Assembly (NCBI GenBank): GCA_030141605.1
Contig: JAQGDQ010000014.1
Location: forward strand, 1-64,000
Length of the DNA: 64,000 bases
Direction of reading: 5' to 3'
Source of the DNA: Tubiluchus corallicola
Lineage: Eukaryota > Animalia > Priapulida
Shown here: positions 37,801 to 52,800 of the stretch, piece by piece
Numbering within the stretch: the first letter of the stretch is position 1
Layout of the letters: the number at the start of each line of letters is the position of its first letter
Notes under the pieces: model-generated
The model's database searches: none
Seen by the model: the letters and a program-made list of their open reading frames with translations, nothing else
What the model was told of the DNA's origin: nothing
Translations under genes and position numbers: made by a program

Positions 37801-40800
37801 AAAAAACATGAAAACAGGACCTGGTAAGAATCGTTACATCTGATCAAAATGGCAACAGCCAGAGCAAATGTTACAAGAAGTGTAGTCATTATACTTGGAA
37901 ATAAAATCAATTCCATGTCTTTTTGTACTACAAATTTGTCAGGAAATGTTCTTCAGGGAACATTGAAAACTCACACACGGAAGTAATTACATCAATACGA
38001 AGCTTTGGACTGTTCTTTGCAACATAACACATTTAGGCACGAACAAGTGTAATGAGTTACACAGGGTGCCAACAAATGACCAACAATTATACCTCAAAGT
38101 TATCATAAGTACATTTTAATGCGTTTCTAATGTTTCTACAGAGGTAAATTACAAAATATTTTCTAATTCACAGAAATAACTTTTCTACAGAGAACCAAAA
38201 AAAAATATCGATGAAGCCAGTATCACTGAAAACTCTTGCGATCTTACCCGCAATAGGCAATAATTGGTAACAGAAACCACAATGGTTTATAAAAAATTCA
38301 GGCAATCACAATCATAATTAATAGGTACATAAATTTATTATATAAATAGGTAATTAATAGGTAAATAATAAAGCTACATAAAGTAATCAGCCAGTTTATT
38401 TATTTATTAAGAACATTTACAAATATACATTATTTTATTAAAGGTGAAACTGGCAAGCTATATTAAATCTTAGGCCAGCCTATATTGTAAAGTGGCAAAA
38501 TTAAGTTTACATTGGATAAGATTTACCTTGCTTACATTAAAAAGACGATAAAATAAAAAAATGAATAAAATATATACAAAGTGCAAATTAATCAAAATTG
38601 AGAGAGAGCATTGAACTTGGGTAATAATGTTTTATAGAAATCTATTAAATTTGCAATATTTTAACAAGCAAGTTTCGGTTAGCTTCCTACTAAAAACTGA
38701 CAGACTGAGTGAAGTGACAACGTCATAACTGAGGTCATTCCATATAAAATTTCGGGCCGATTAACTTCCATTTCCATTTTAACACAGACGTTATTAGATT
38801 AAAATGATAAGTTTAAAACAAAGACACACTTAAACTATCTTTAAAAATGTCTCTATTAAAAGGATAATGACTAGCGTTAGATACACAACCGCTCTGAAAG
38901 TGGATATCTTCCTACTAAAAACTGACAGACTGAGTGAAGTGACAACGTCATAATTGAGGTCATTCCATATAAAATTTCGGGCCGATTAACTTCCATTTCC
39001 ATTTTAACACAGACGTTATTAGATTAAAATGATAAGTTTAAAACAAAGACACACTTAAACTATCTTTAAAAATGTCTCTATTAAAAGGATAATGACTAGC
39101 GTTAGATACACAACCGCTCTGAAAGTGGATTCGGGTTTATACGAATGTTATTGATCGCTGAGGAGATGAAGTTGCGAATTTGCTACTCTTTAAAGCGAGT
39201 CTGAAGCTTTAGTAATAAGGAGTGGGTGTGAAAATCTAGCTGTAACATACGATTTTCTAAATGTCGCATTGGTCGAACGTGACGCTGCGTTCATTACGAA
39301 TCCAGAAGTTGTTTGAAGGAAAAGTGAACCAAATAGACACTTTTTTTAGTTTGTCGTTTTCTTATCGTTCTATGTTAGGAATATTTCTGTTTTCTGGCAA
39401 TAGTTGGTTTTCATTATTTTGTCTCGTGAAAATTTGTTGACGTCATTTCTATATTTACACAAACGTTCAAGTGCACAGTAAAAACAAAAGTTTTCCAAAG
39501 GTTTTTTTTGCAACAAAAAGGATTTAATACAGAAACTAATATACAGTACTTAATACAGTTTTTTATACAAATCTTGGAATTCAGATTCAGAATTTTAAAA
39601 ATTTACTAACAAATGTTCAGACATGCAGTCTGAAACCTTTTTGGCTTTAAGAAAGACGACATTTATAAAAAGATGTGATGCAGTCACCAACCTTTTTGGC
39701 TTTAAGAAAGACGACATTTATAAAAAGATGTGATTACTAAATGTCTAATAAATATAGTAAAGGTCATGACGAAGAATTGTGTAATTACAAGGTATAGACT
39801 CTGCATGCACACACGGTACGCTATACACGCTAAGGGTGCAAAAATGTCAATAACTGCTTGTCGTCAGCCCATTTCTGACAAATCAATTATTATTATGAAA
39901 GCTAGGTCTAGTACATCCTAATCAATAAATTGTTCAAATACAGCAGCAGCAGAAACAGGATCACCGGAAGAATTACGACTTCGGTTGTCATAATCTTACT
40001 GTCGTTATTATTAATCATCGCAGACGGTAAGCAATCCACCGAAACTATTGCAGATTAAGTTACACTTGGTTTTGGAGAACGTTTGGAAGGGTTACTGAAG
40101 ATGACAATTTCACTGTTCAGTGTCTGACCGCCATACGCACACAAATAAAAAATTTACACTTACTGCACAAGGTGTAGGTTCACATGAACGAACACAAATC
40201 AGAAAGTTTTATGCAATTGTGCATATACAGGTTGATTCATTGTCACATATCTTGAAAATAATTCATCTAGTATTCTCAGTTATAACACTGTAAATAATAG
40301 TAGCAACAACAATGACCAGAACAATGAAAATGCGATACAAACGTATTTGGTAGTTGAATGTCTGAACGCAGATAAAACAGCCGTAAATGCTACCTGAATA
40401 CATTTGACAACTAAAAAAAACGAGTAGGGTAATTAAGCACACGAATGACAAACAAAGTTAAATAAGAAAATGCAGAAGTTAAAATAAAAGAGTTAGAGCC
40501 ATTTTACTTATTCTTCAGACAACCGAAGCCTTAGTACTTCATATTCAGCCAATACCTGTCGTTTACCATACCCAAACTAACTACGCAGCTTTAACAATCC
40601 GAAAGCGACGGCTCACGGAATGGTAGTTCATTACACATCGACATACGCAACCCAGAGATTATGTCTACAGTGTGACAACGTAATGTGTATCTGCCTAGGA
40701 AGACGTGCGAATGTCAGAAGTCCTACCTGTCATAACAGCACACATTTACAAGCAGTTTCTTTCAGCATTACATGTTCTGCATAACAATTATTATAGTTGG

Positions 40801-43800
40801 TAAAGCATAATCACTGGACAGTCATTCTGTATATGATTGTCCATTAGGAAAACAGTCCATCTGTAAAATACTGCAGTTAGAGAGAGATGAGCCTCCTCAA
40901 ATTACACTAAAATGTTGAGTATTAACGTTACACTCCTATGTAAAAATGCAACTTATGCAAGGTAAAGAGAAAATAGTGCATTGAACATGGTCTTTTTTCA
41001 TGCAAAGACTTGCTAGAAGAGGTCATTCTCCAAATAAATTCTTTTTTGGATTTCATCATAATCATGTATACGTGACAAAATCATATAGATGGGATTCTGC
41101 CACTTTTCAACTAACGCTTCAGGTATTAAACCTTAAATTCTGTTCTAACCCGCCAACCCCACTAGCTGTGGGATTTTCAAAAGAACCCACCGGGCCACTA
41201 TTTAATACACAGCATTGTGCAAAATAACTTGTGGCTTTTTTTAAACTCACAACTCGTGGGGTTTAAAAACATACGTTAACACACTACTGGAAAAACCTGG
41301 CGACTAGCGGATGTAATTTTTGGGGAAGGGTGGTTGACAGGAAAAAGAAACTAACCCAGAAAATTGTATTACCACACCCAAGATGGAGCAATTAGTATCA
41401 ATTATTCAATTAACGGGTAGACGCTAGAATAAAGACGGTGAATTAATAAAATGCAGTATGGCATATGAAGATTTGCGATCTCTTAAGAATCACTGGAGAT
41501 CGGAGGCATAATGATGCATTTCTAAAGTCCAGCATCTAAAGCCCTTGTTACAATGCAACAAACGAAACACTCCTCAAAGCTTTTGCTTTTTTCAATCACT
41601 CTGCCTCTGTGGAATTACGAAAGCCCAATGATTAGTTACGCAAAATATGAATACTTCCGCAGTCGACAAAGAGAAGTCACGCTCAAGGGCATACACGGCT
41701 CATTAGTTCTTCTTGTAGCCTTTACACGAAATTTTGTTGACTTAATCGATTCATCTTTGATTATCAACAAAGATCTGGCTTCTGGCTATAGCAGTGAATA
41801 GCTACTTTTACGTCACATTAGAATATTAATTCATGTAGGGAGAGAATAGATGAATGTGAAAAAAAACCAGAAAACTATTATTACCACACAAACTTATTAA
41901 ATTCTATAATGATTCCATAATAGCCCATTTCCAGGATCGCAATATAACGAAACCACAACCTCGTGTTATATTAGTTAGCCAACGCTTTCTGTCTAGTCAG
42001 TAATAATACTTATATGTATATGAAAAAAATAACTATAGCAAAAAATTATATTTAATTGACTAACCACTGATGGCTACCCAGTAACAAGTTCAATAACACA
42101 TTGTGAACTTTACAAGTAGACTACACAATGCATTTAAATGAAAACAGTTTTTTCAGGCAGTTCAGATTTCTGCAAGCCAGGAGCCAGCACTTAAAAGAGG
42201 GCCTACTTAATAGCAGAAGGTTGTAACAGAACTGGACCTTTCTCATTATCAAAAGCTGAACTGGCAGGTGCTTTAGGGCTCAGTGCATATAAATGTATAA
42301 CAGTGATTATACTGGTCTTTAACTGATGCCTTATAATTTTAAATTTTGTATATATTTTTACTATGCTTTTCTATATATTTGCAGCTCTTTCAATACTGCA
42401 AGCCACAAACTTTTTTCTTAGAGTAAATTTTGTTTTTTATATAGTGCTTTTATATGCTGAAAAAAATGCTAAATAAATAAAAAATATGGCCACTGAAACT
42501 GTCCAGAAACAGTTCTGCCTGTGTGTAAAAGCACGAAAAACATGCCTGCATTTATTGACAAAGCATTAAGAAGTTTCGTTTTAATATAACTAACATTTGC
42601 AGCCAAAAAACTGTATTGTTGTCTTATAACTTTACAACTTTACTGCTTTAAGAAAAATACTTAATACTGTGAGCTCTTTCTTAGGAATTTATTTTATTAC
42701 CGTGATTCACGAAACTTTTCTTGACATCACTTTAAGATAATTGTTACAATAAGTCTGTTCTTCACTGCGCTTTAAGTTAATTGTTACCGTAAGACTTTTT
42801 TGACTTCAGCTTAAGTTAACTGTTACAATAAGACTTTTCTTGACGTCAACTTAAGTTAATTGTTACCGTAAGACTTGGCTTCAACTTGAACTTGCTCACC
42901 ACACCAACCACCGCCACAGCTGTTCTCAGGCTGTCACCCAACCATGTTGCTGTTAATTTGACATCGTCGCGTCGTTAAGTTAATCAAGAGACCGCTAGCA
43001 AAACTTTACACGAGTTTTTACTGCTAGCACGCTGAAACAGCAGATATTAAAATGACTTGTGGTATCACCCCGTCGTCATACGGCTTCACTTGCGTATGAA
43101 ACCAGCGGGAGAAGAAATTCAGTGTTTACTACATAAAACTAGATACAACGTATCGTCTTTCCAATGCAAATAGACAGACGTTGGCACGCGCATGGCTGAT
43201 AACCCAACAACTGTGCATCATGTGGCCACAGGCGTGAAGCCATAATTTCATTTTATGAAATCATCTCTTTTACACGAAAAGGCAAAATTCGTACGAAGAT
43301 CTATCACTGATTACCCCAGAGACGTTTACAGTGAGATTATATTAGAATAGCACATCTGGTAGCCGCACAATCAATAAGTAATATCGTATACGATTTAATC
43401 ATGCATTCATGGCACATAGGAGAAGGCAGTCAAAGGCAAGGAAAATATATTTTATGCGGTAATTTTGCAGTGACAATTGTCTATTAAACCGTTTTTGTGA
43501 TTTCGTGTATGCAAGGACAGTATTACACTACAAAACCAAGAAATTAACTCAATTTAAAAATCTGTTGCTTTGGTAAGCTCTCACAGGCCGCAATCTCATC
43601 GATTCACTCACTCACTCAATTCAGTCACTGACACGTTTTAAGCCTCAGAAGCAGCATTGTTAACGTTTACCTTTTCCCTGAATTTCATACTCGACAAAAA
43701 GTTCGCTTGAAACTAATTGAACAAATGAAAAATGCTATACTTGACGACACTCTAAGATAATCTTTTTTTTAAAAAAAGCATTATCATTAACTAAGAAGAC

Positions 43801-46800
43801 TAATTAGAATTATTAGTTATCTTTGCAACACTCCAATAAAAACCTTATTAGCTCTAAAACTAGTCAGGAATATCTGAATTTTAACGAGCAGAATACAAAA
43901 AAAACAGGGTGGTCACATGGTTGGTGAGTACACTTCCACAGTTATAGCGAGATGCGTCCAACAAACAATTGTCAAATTGAAACAACCAACTATGTGGAAT
44001 AAAACTGTGCAGATATAGGTTTAGTCTGAAAATTTCAGAGGATGAAAAAACTAACCATCTCACAAGCTGGCTGTGCATTCAAAGTCTTCCACATTTCTAA
44101 ATTAATAATATTATACTTTGCAGGAACTTCCCCTACATTCCATGATCAACATATTGTACAAACAAACCGATAAAATATTCAATGTGTGCACATGTGTCTG
44201 TGCGCAAATTAAAAATCGTGAGCGTCTTCTCACACACACTTATTGTTTCTATTTCCGTTTCCTGTTTGGGGTAAAAAAGATTGCAGAAACATTTTATAAT
44301 GTGATTACATGAAGCTGCATGATAAGTAGTCACTAGTGCACTTAGGGGCACTAGTCACGAAATTATAATAATTAATGCAAGTGGGAAATGTTACGAAGTC
44401 ACAGGGACAAACGAATTAACCATAAGATAAAAATGGATTACCTCCAAGCAAGCTGCAAGCACTTCACCAGATGAAAACAGAAATGTATAAACTTTAAGAA
44501 AGGCAGAAGACCTACCTTTAATTAGAACAAGGACGACAATTTTTCAGGAATCTTTTTTCCGAAGACTATAATATTATGGAATAATTTACATGTTAATGTT
44601 AGAAACAAAGTTACTTTTGGCAGTTTCAAGAAGCGCATTACAAATGAACTAGAACAAGCGCCTGAAAGATTTTCAATAGGTTCTAGATTTGGTTCTAATC
44701 AGCAGGGAGAAATCGGTGATGTGTACGCAGATGGCAAACTGAAGAAGCTAAACACCATTTCTTAGAATGTAGCAGATATGACATATTAGGCATATTATTT
44801 TGAATTCAATTCCTTAAGGTCACCAGACTACGGCGCATTTGTTACCGAATGGGAGTGACAGCCTTGTGGACGATGAAAATATTATTCTGTTATGTAACGT
44901 AATTGAATTTATTGAAGCGGGAGGGAGATTCAGTTATGAATATATATATATATATATATAGCTTTACCTCAACAATTTCTAGTACTAACTCTGTTTGTAA
45001 ATTAGATACATATTTCAAGTTATGTAGTTTACCAAACAACTATACTAAATGAAATGAGAGAAACCTTATTACTGTAATTGCACTGTTATTTTTGTCAACA
45101 CAATTTTAAATAGGCTTGTCTGCTGTTTCTTGGATTGTAACATAATTATTTAGAATGTTGTTATAATAAATACTTATTTAAATGAACAAGCTTTACTTAA
45201 GAACCTGCAGCAACATGAATATGAAGATGACAAAAAATATGAACAAAATTATCGTTTATCAACCTAGTGAAAATTTATTCCGGATTGCTGTATCACCATC
45301 TTAACCAACAACACTGTTTCAGATGCTGTTAACACAAGCAACAATTTAACACTATGCTAATTAATGTCTTACCTAGAATTGATGAACCTGTTACTGGATA
45401 ACCTCTAATCTAATGAAGCCAACTCAAGAAGCCATTTTAATATTACACAACTGCACACGCACAACACATCACAGACGCAAACTAGTGATTAAATGAGCAC
45501 AGTGTCTTGGCGAAACTAGACATTTCACTATTTGCTAGGAGAGCGCGCACAAGCGATGCACGCTGGAGAGAGAAAATTGACAAGCCACACAGCGCTATAG
45601 GACTAGCTTAGTTTGCTTGTGTCCAGGAGGCTGGAGGAAAAATCAATGCTGTTACTGTTGAGCGGTGACAGTGAAAAACACAAGTGTAAATTTCCCACTG
45701 AGCATTCTACAGTACTCCTCCCACAACAACTGCAACTGTTGAGCGGTGACAGTGAAAAACGCAAGTTTAAATTTCCGACTGAGCTCTCTGCAGCACATCT
45801 TTCAAAGCAATTAAATGTTTCAGAGCCTTCCTGGCCGCTTTTGGCTTTAATCAATTTTCCTTTAGTTCCTTACAGAACTTTCCGTTAGTTCCTTATAGAA
45901 CGTTCATTATTTAGCAATGAAAAAGTGAAAAATTCCAAAGTGCCACTTTTAAGAGTCATTTTTGGAAGGTGAACAATACTGGCTCTAATAGGTAGGTAAA
46001 GGGGTGACAAAAATCAAAACCTTTAATTTTGTGATTCGCTTAGCTTTAGATTAAACACTGTTGCCAGATGAAGTCATGAATTTATGAGTCAGGAATTCAT
46101 GAATTTATTGAATCACTAATACAAATTTCGGGAACTAGTACAGGCACAAAATGCAAAAAAGAGGCTTATAATAACACACTGAAACAGAAGAAATGGTTCT
46201 CACGCACCTTACGACTTTTTCAAGCAAATAACTACATAAAAAAGAAATTGCTCTTTTTTACAAATGATACAAAACAGCTTTTTCATTGTGATTTGTAAAT
46301 TACAAAGCATAAAGCATGTGTTATCATCATTTAACACTATTAATAATAATTACTGGTGGTACTGAATAAACAAAAGGACTAATCGATTAGTTTCATTACA
46401 ATAATGAGATTTGCTGAGTAAAATTAACCAAAATCACAATTATTTTCTTCAACTGAAATTCATCAGAAAGGACAGAATCACTTTAAAATGATTTTTTTGG
46501 CACGTGACAAACATCCTTCACCCTACCCATAATTCTGCGCAAAGCCAATCCAAGGCCAGTGAAAATAGACCGTTTCAATCAGGCATTCAAATTTGCAGGG
46601 CAGCCTTCAAAATGAATTAATCACTAGCAGGCAAGTCCGTGTTATAGTCATTAGCCTTGCCATTTGCAGTCATCCTATCCGGATTTGTGCAGAAATGAGA
46701 GAATGAAGTGAATTACTGGATGCCGTGTCTAGTGGCTTCCTTGTGTGTGTGAGGGGGGTTACTATGTTGCCACTGGCTTCAACTGTTGCAAGTGGCATTA

Positions 46801-49800
46801 TATTAAAGCAAAATGAACAATTAAATGTGAAACTGGAGGGAGTCCAAGCAATTAAACTACTTGCGTTTAAATGACATACAGATTACAGCTGATGAGGTTC
46901 AAAGTGATTCTGAAACATTTATTGCAACTAAACCAAGCACAGCAGCATATACACAGTCTTTTCAGCAATGAGTTTATTTACATTGGTTAATGATGCAAAT
47001 ATTAGCAAATTCTAGCTGAAGAACAATATAAACTTCAATAATATTTACACTAAAACGTTAATAATGGTGATGATGATGGTGATGGTGATGATAACTGATG
47101 ATACGATAATGAACATAACTGAAGCTCATTTATACAGTTTTTAAGCCATGTTATGTTACTGTTATACTAGCAATACTTGGTATAGATTAATCGTAAAAGA
47201 ACACAAATAGTAATCTCAATTTTAATCGGATGGTACATGTATTAAATTATTACTGGTGGCCATGTACTAAAAAAATTCATAAAATCTAAGACTGAAAAAT
47301 ACTGTCTAGTGCTCCTGAGAAACAGAAATGCTACCACAGCTGTAACCCAGCATGGCTAAATTTATTAGAAATCACTCCCTACTTTTAAGGTTGAATTAAA
47401 ATATACAACATTGAACGATAATTTGTGTTTCTCCAGCATGGCCATTTGCAATGCTCTTGTTTAAACCATCTAATGGAAAATGTATAAATTATACATGAGG
47501 ACTTTTATAAATCTTTAAAAGAGGATTTCCTAGATAGTTACTATAATAGGATTTGCAGAAATTTTTGCGAAATACGACTCGTGAGATTTTACACAATTTC
47601 ACACGCAACGTGTTTCAATAGTAATGGGACAATACTAACATTTCCAATGATTGAGATACCAAAAAGTCTTGATTCTGATAGGATTCTCACTTCCAATTCT
47701 GATTCTTTTCAATTCAAAATAAAGTTGGATGAAGACTGAAAAGTTTCTACTTCTTAATTATTACGAGTAACATTAACAGAGAGTTAAGTTTATGTTTATA
47801 TGCCGAATAGGCTTTCACGTTTCACAGTTTGTTCCATGTGCCAAATAACCTTTAGAAATGTCAAACCTAGCAACACTGGTCACTTGACATTTATGCTAAT
47901 CTAAAAATTAGTTCTTACTACAATGTCAGGATTTCATATCACATGCTGCACAAAATGCCTTAGTTTCATTAATGTCTAATGCTTAACGTCTCAACTTAGC
48001 AATGCAATTTTAACTAAAAAAAGAAATAAGTAACTTAATTCTTTACTTCCAGCAAACAAAATGAAATTTTACAGTATAAGAATACCTGGTTATTGGTGGT
48101 CATAATTTAAATAGTTTTAAGTTTCCAAAAAGAAAAAAAATGTTATTAAATATTAAAAGAAAGTAGTTAGAATGGGAAATCATGATAAATTTTGTGAATT
48201 CCGATTAATAAGCCTTTTCACAGTTCCAGCAATTGATCATGGTTGTGAAAATCTCAGAGGTTATGGGTACCAGACAACGCATTTGTGTACACTTGACAAT
48301 GCCTCGCAGCCCATGCTACTATAATAGTAACAGTTTTAACAGCTAGCTAGAACCTTACATAGTTCATTTTTTCTTGTTCCAAGCAAATCACTCTACTTGC
48401 AGACTAATGCATAATGAAAGTAAACCAACTGATATTACTGAACTAATACCGGACAGCGCTTTTCATTTGCCGGACATCACGAGACAGCTGCAGTTAAGAC
48501 GCGTTGTTGTGGCACACTTAATCTTTGACCTACAGCAACTGCGCGTGCGCATAATGAAACTGTGAAAAGGCTTATTGTCCCATCACTACTTTTCAGGCAA
48601 AAGCTCAAATTCAATAACACAATAACAGATAATTAGAATGAATGAATGAAATAAAACTTGCACAAAGTAACAAAGTAGAACCTGGCAAGTGAATTGAAAT
48701 TAAAACAAATTAATGCATTCTCACAAACCTCCACAAAATTTCCAATTCATTCACGTCCAGAAACATGCCTTTCACTGTGCAGCACGAGCAAATCATGTCC
48801 CCTCTTTTTGTTCGAGTAACATCCAGAATTTTTTTAAACAAATTTACACAAAATTCTTTCGTTCATTAAAAACTGTAGCACTTAGTGAGAATTTATGAGT
48901 TTTCCAATCACTTTGAATCTCACTACAAGTGATATTTCAGCAAATTTTTCACGCAAAAAAGAAAGAAAAGTCTCACTAGTTCAGCAAAGGAAGTCAACGA
49001 TTTTGTATGGCCATTTGTCACAATTACAATTCCGAAGTGTCGTATAACCATCAACAAACCTTTGCAGACCATAAATTTTCCAATATTCACTTTTACTTAT
49101 TAGACTCACGGTCAAATGGGTCTACAATCTAACAAAATTGTATGACGTAACAAACTCTGACACATGATAAGCTTTTGTCCCTCCTAATGGTAGATGGATG
49201 GTTAAGGCATGAATTAAAGAAACTTAAAATATTAAATAAACTTGCGGAAGTCCGTGTATTATATACATCTAGTGTGCTACATCGACACAATTTTAAAAAC
49301 AAATCCACGGGCAAGAAATATTTCATGATTAAATGCTCAAAAAATACCAAAACCAGAACTTCAGTGACAAAATTGTTGTTGCCATGAGAACACAACAAAT
49401 TCACATAATTCACAGAAGCACTTCACTTGTGCAGACTAAATAACACAGGAATACTGCACTGCCATCTTTTAGGAAAGAAGCTTCGTCGCATCCACTTTTC
49501 ACTGATCCACTGACATACTTCAATTTCCATACTTCAGCAAACCTTGTAAGAGGCAAGTGAACAAGCTCAGAAGCTCTACTGAGATTACATGGCCTCGGTG
49601 CTTTCAAGTCAGTTGACCACTACTAAACTGCTTATCGTCTCATGTGTCTATCGCTTATAGATTTTCCCTCTATCAGCCACCCTCAATGAAATCACTTACA
49701 ATGAGCACAAATTATGGCTTCTTATAGTTGGACACATTGGAGGCCTATGTAACACCAACATACATTGAAGTTTATTTAACACATTATTATGATCACACAA

Positions 49801-52800
49801 ATTTCACAGTTATTATTAAACAAAAGAGACTTATGATTAAACACCTTACCTTTTTCGTCGAATTTCGAGCATGTGCATTACCATAATGATCGTCAAGTTT
49901 AATTCTTTGGCAAGTGAGCAAGAATGATGTACGGGTACAGAAAATGTCTTTGGTTACCTATATTTGCTTACCAATCTTTGGTGACCCCGTGACTTTGTCT
50001 TGCGCAATGAAAAATGGCGGTTCTTCAAATTTAATACCGCTAATGAAGAAGTGATAAAAAATCAAAAGAAACAAGTTTTACAGTAAGTATATAATAAAAC
50101 AAATTGAATATTCCTAATGAGGGTAGGATTTTAAGTTGTAAAAGCTTATATTACAGTGAGGGTTTAGTTTGAATTTAAATCAAGATGAGCACCCAATTTG
50201 TGGACATTCCTGTGACCCATTTTAGTTAAGAATTTTATATTTACATTTATAATATGGTATCTGTTATGAACTTTTTATTTGTTAAAAGCTGATAGTAATT
50301 TTTCTTCATTTAATGAACTTTTAATTGCTAAATACATTTTTGTAAAAATTATAGTTTTAGTTTTAGTAAATTAAGTTTTAATTAAGCTAACACCTCTCCT
50401 CACAATACACAAAAGCCAAATGATTAAAAGATTTGAGGAGGTGAAACTAAATTAAGCAGTTTCACTTGGCAAAATCTGTTATTTATTTTTTCTATTAAGT
50501 TAAAACAATGAACTCTTTCAAAATTTCAGTTTATTTTAGCGAGTTGTTAAGACTAGTGCAGTAGAGGCAGGCCAGATGTAAGGTAGTCACTGGAGATTCC
50601 TTGGCCGAGCAAAGTTTACGTAAAATTTTACTTTAAAGAGGGATCTGCCCACAAACTCCAGATAGTGGCTTCGCACCAAGGGTAGTCTACGGGGGGGGGG
50701 GGGGGGCCTACCACTTCAAGATGATATTGGTTCTTGTGGGATTCTGTATTAGCACTTGTCGGTTAATTGAATTAAATGCAACAGGACAATGATACAACAA
50801 TAATAATTATAGTATACTGTAATCAAGTTTAATGACAAAACATTAGGCACGAAAATCAAAACAATGAAATACACCGTTAATGCACAATATATCGAAACGA
50901 AACATTGGCAAAAATATCTGAAAAAGTTATTGGGCCAAAACTGAAAGCAAAATTAAGCAATAACACCAAAAATAAACACTGCACATAATTAAACGTAATA
51001 TAATGACTTGGTAATATTTCCATTGGACATAAGCTAAACTAACCGTAGCAAATGTTCGCAAAGGTCTTATCCTAACTACCAGCCACCCCTGGGGAAATGC
51101 TAGCTAGTTAACGGGTTAAGAGCAGCATTCAGGGCTGTGACGTCACGTGTAAATTAGCAGCATCCAGGAAACATTTCGTTGCTAAACCTCATGCATAATT
51201 TCAATGTCTGGCATGACTTCAACTCGTGTAGGATCACGTTCATATTTAACATTTATCAATTGTGAATATCATTAGTCCATCTGTACCCATGACACGCTGC
51301 ATAGCAAGGCAAAGAATAAGTCAACTTACAGATTTGGATCCCATGGGATAGTTTGAAGCTCTAGACACCTCTTACTGGCCTCAAATAAACAAGAGAACTG
51401 TCATGTCCTTCTCGTCTATCGCTCAACCAGTAGTCCTCCTAGCCACAAGTACTATCACCATAACATCGGGTGCTTGGGACTCCATTAACTGTCCAAAATC
51501 ATCACCCATCAACTATGACGGCAGCAATCATATAGTAAAAGTAGTAAAATGGATAAACATTTTCATTCCAGTAAAACTGCCATTACAAAAAGTCTGACCT
51601 ATGTAATGTTTTCAGGTCCAATACCAAAGCTCAACTGTTTTCTACCTTGTACACCTGTATCGTGACGAGTTTTCAGGGTCACCTCTCCGCATTCACAAGT
51701 TGACCAGACGGCTTCATATCGCGTACAAAATTGAATACTACAAACCAAACCGCAGAACTTAAATTCCTAAGTCTTGGGTTTAAAGGGCAACTGAACCATT
51801 TTAATACTTGTTTTCAGGTTTAGTTGATAATATGACAATAGCTTGGTTGTCATATTAATTATTATTATTGATAACACCATTATTACACTATTTCTCATCA
51901 AACTTTCTGGGGGAAAATAAACAGTAGGTTACATAAGTTGGCTGTCATTTCCTCATAGTAGTTCCACCATGAGATAACAATCACATCACATAAACGTATT
52001 ACATATATTTTGCAATTTGCCAAATGTAGAATGAGTCAGAGCAGTTAGAACTAAACTGGAAATCAATCAGAAAATGACTGTAAAAGCTTGTTTAAAACTT
52101 ACATTGACAAACTAGTGGCAAGGATGACGTGAACGTTCAAACACATCGCAAAGCTTGGTTTGCCATATGCGCAATTTTGAGTTTGGCTCAATGTTGTTTG
52201 TTATGCAAGCAGTTCCCACAAGTGGACTTATCGACTTTTGTCTTGGTTGTTTGCAAAAGGCCATTTGTAATGAGAGCCGAAGAAACTGGAGAGCTGACAA
52301 GATTCAGTAAAAAGGCACTCGGCCAGCGGGAAATGTGAAAATGGCAGCTACACTATCATTTTACCTTCAAGTAATTTAGACACAAAAGCAGGCAAATAAG
52401 TTTTTATCACGTAACTTGTCTTTTACAATTAGCAGTATAAATGTAAAAAACATATGTCTGTAATAGTGTATTAGCATGATGACTCTTTATGGCAGTTACT
52501 TACAATGAATGAACAAATATTGATGTAAAGACACAGCTTAATTGACTAGCAGCACTTTCTTCCAAAAAGTTCACATAGCATTAAATTGCTGGCAGTTCTG
52601 ATTGCCCATAAAATGTCAGTAATTGGCCTGATAAATGAAAATTAGTAATTTCGCAGCACTACACGGAGCCTGTAAATGGCCGAAATCAATTTTGATTACG
52701 CAAATAGTCAATGGCATGGAAAGAAAATGGCTTCAGAGTGTATTGTTTGCTCCACAATACTAGCCACTTCAGAACCATTGAAGTCTGCAGAGTTAAAATC

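Noticed and set aside
45373-45560. Strong minus-strand donor CTAG|gtaaga downstream of a CpG-richer patch (possible additional DLG1 first exon)
   Set aside because: In-frame stop and no usable ATG in the phase needed for the PDZ3 exon; not supportable without RNA data.
50691-50706. Poly-G tract (possible G-quadruplex)
   Set aside because: Isolated homopolymer with no supporting context.
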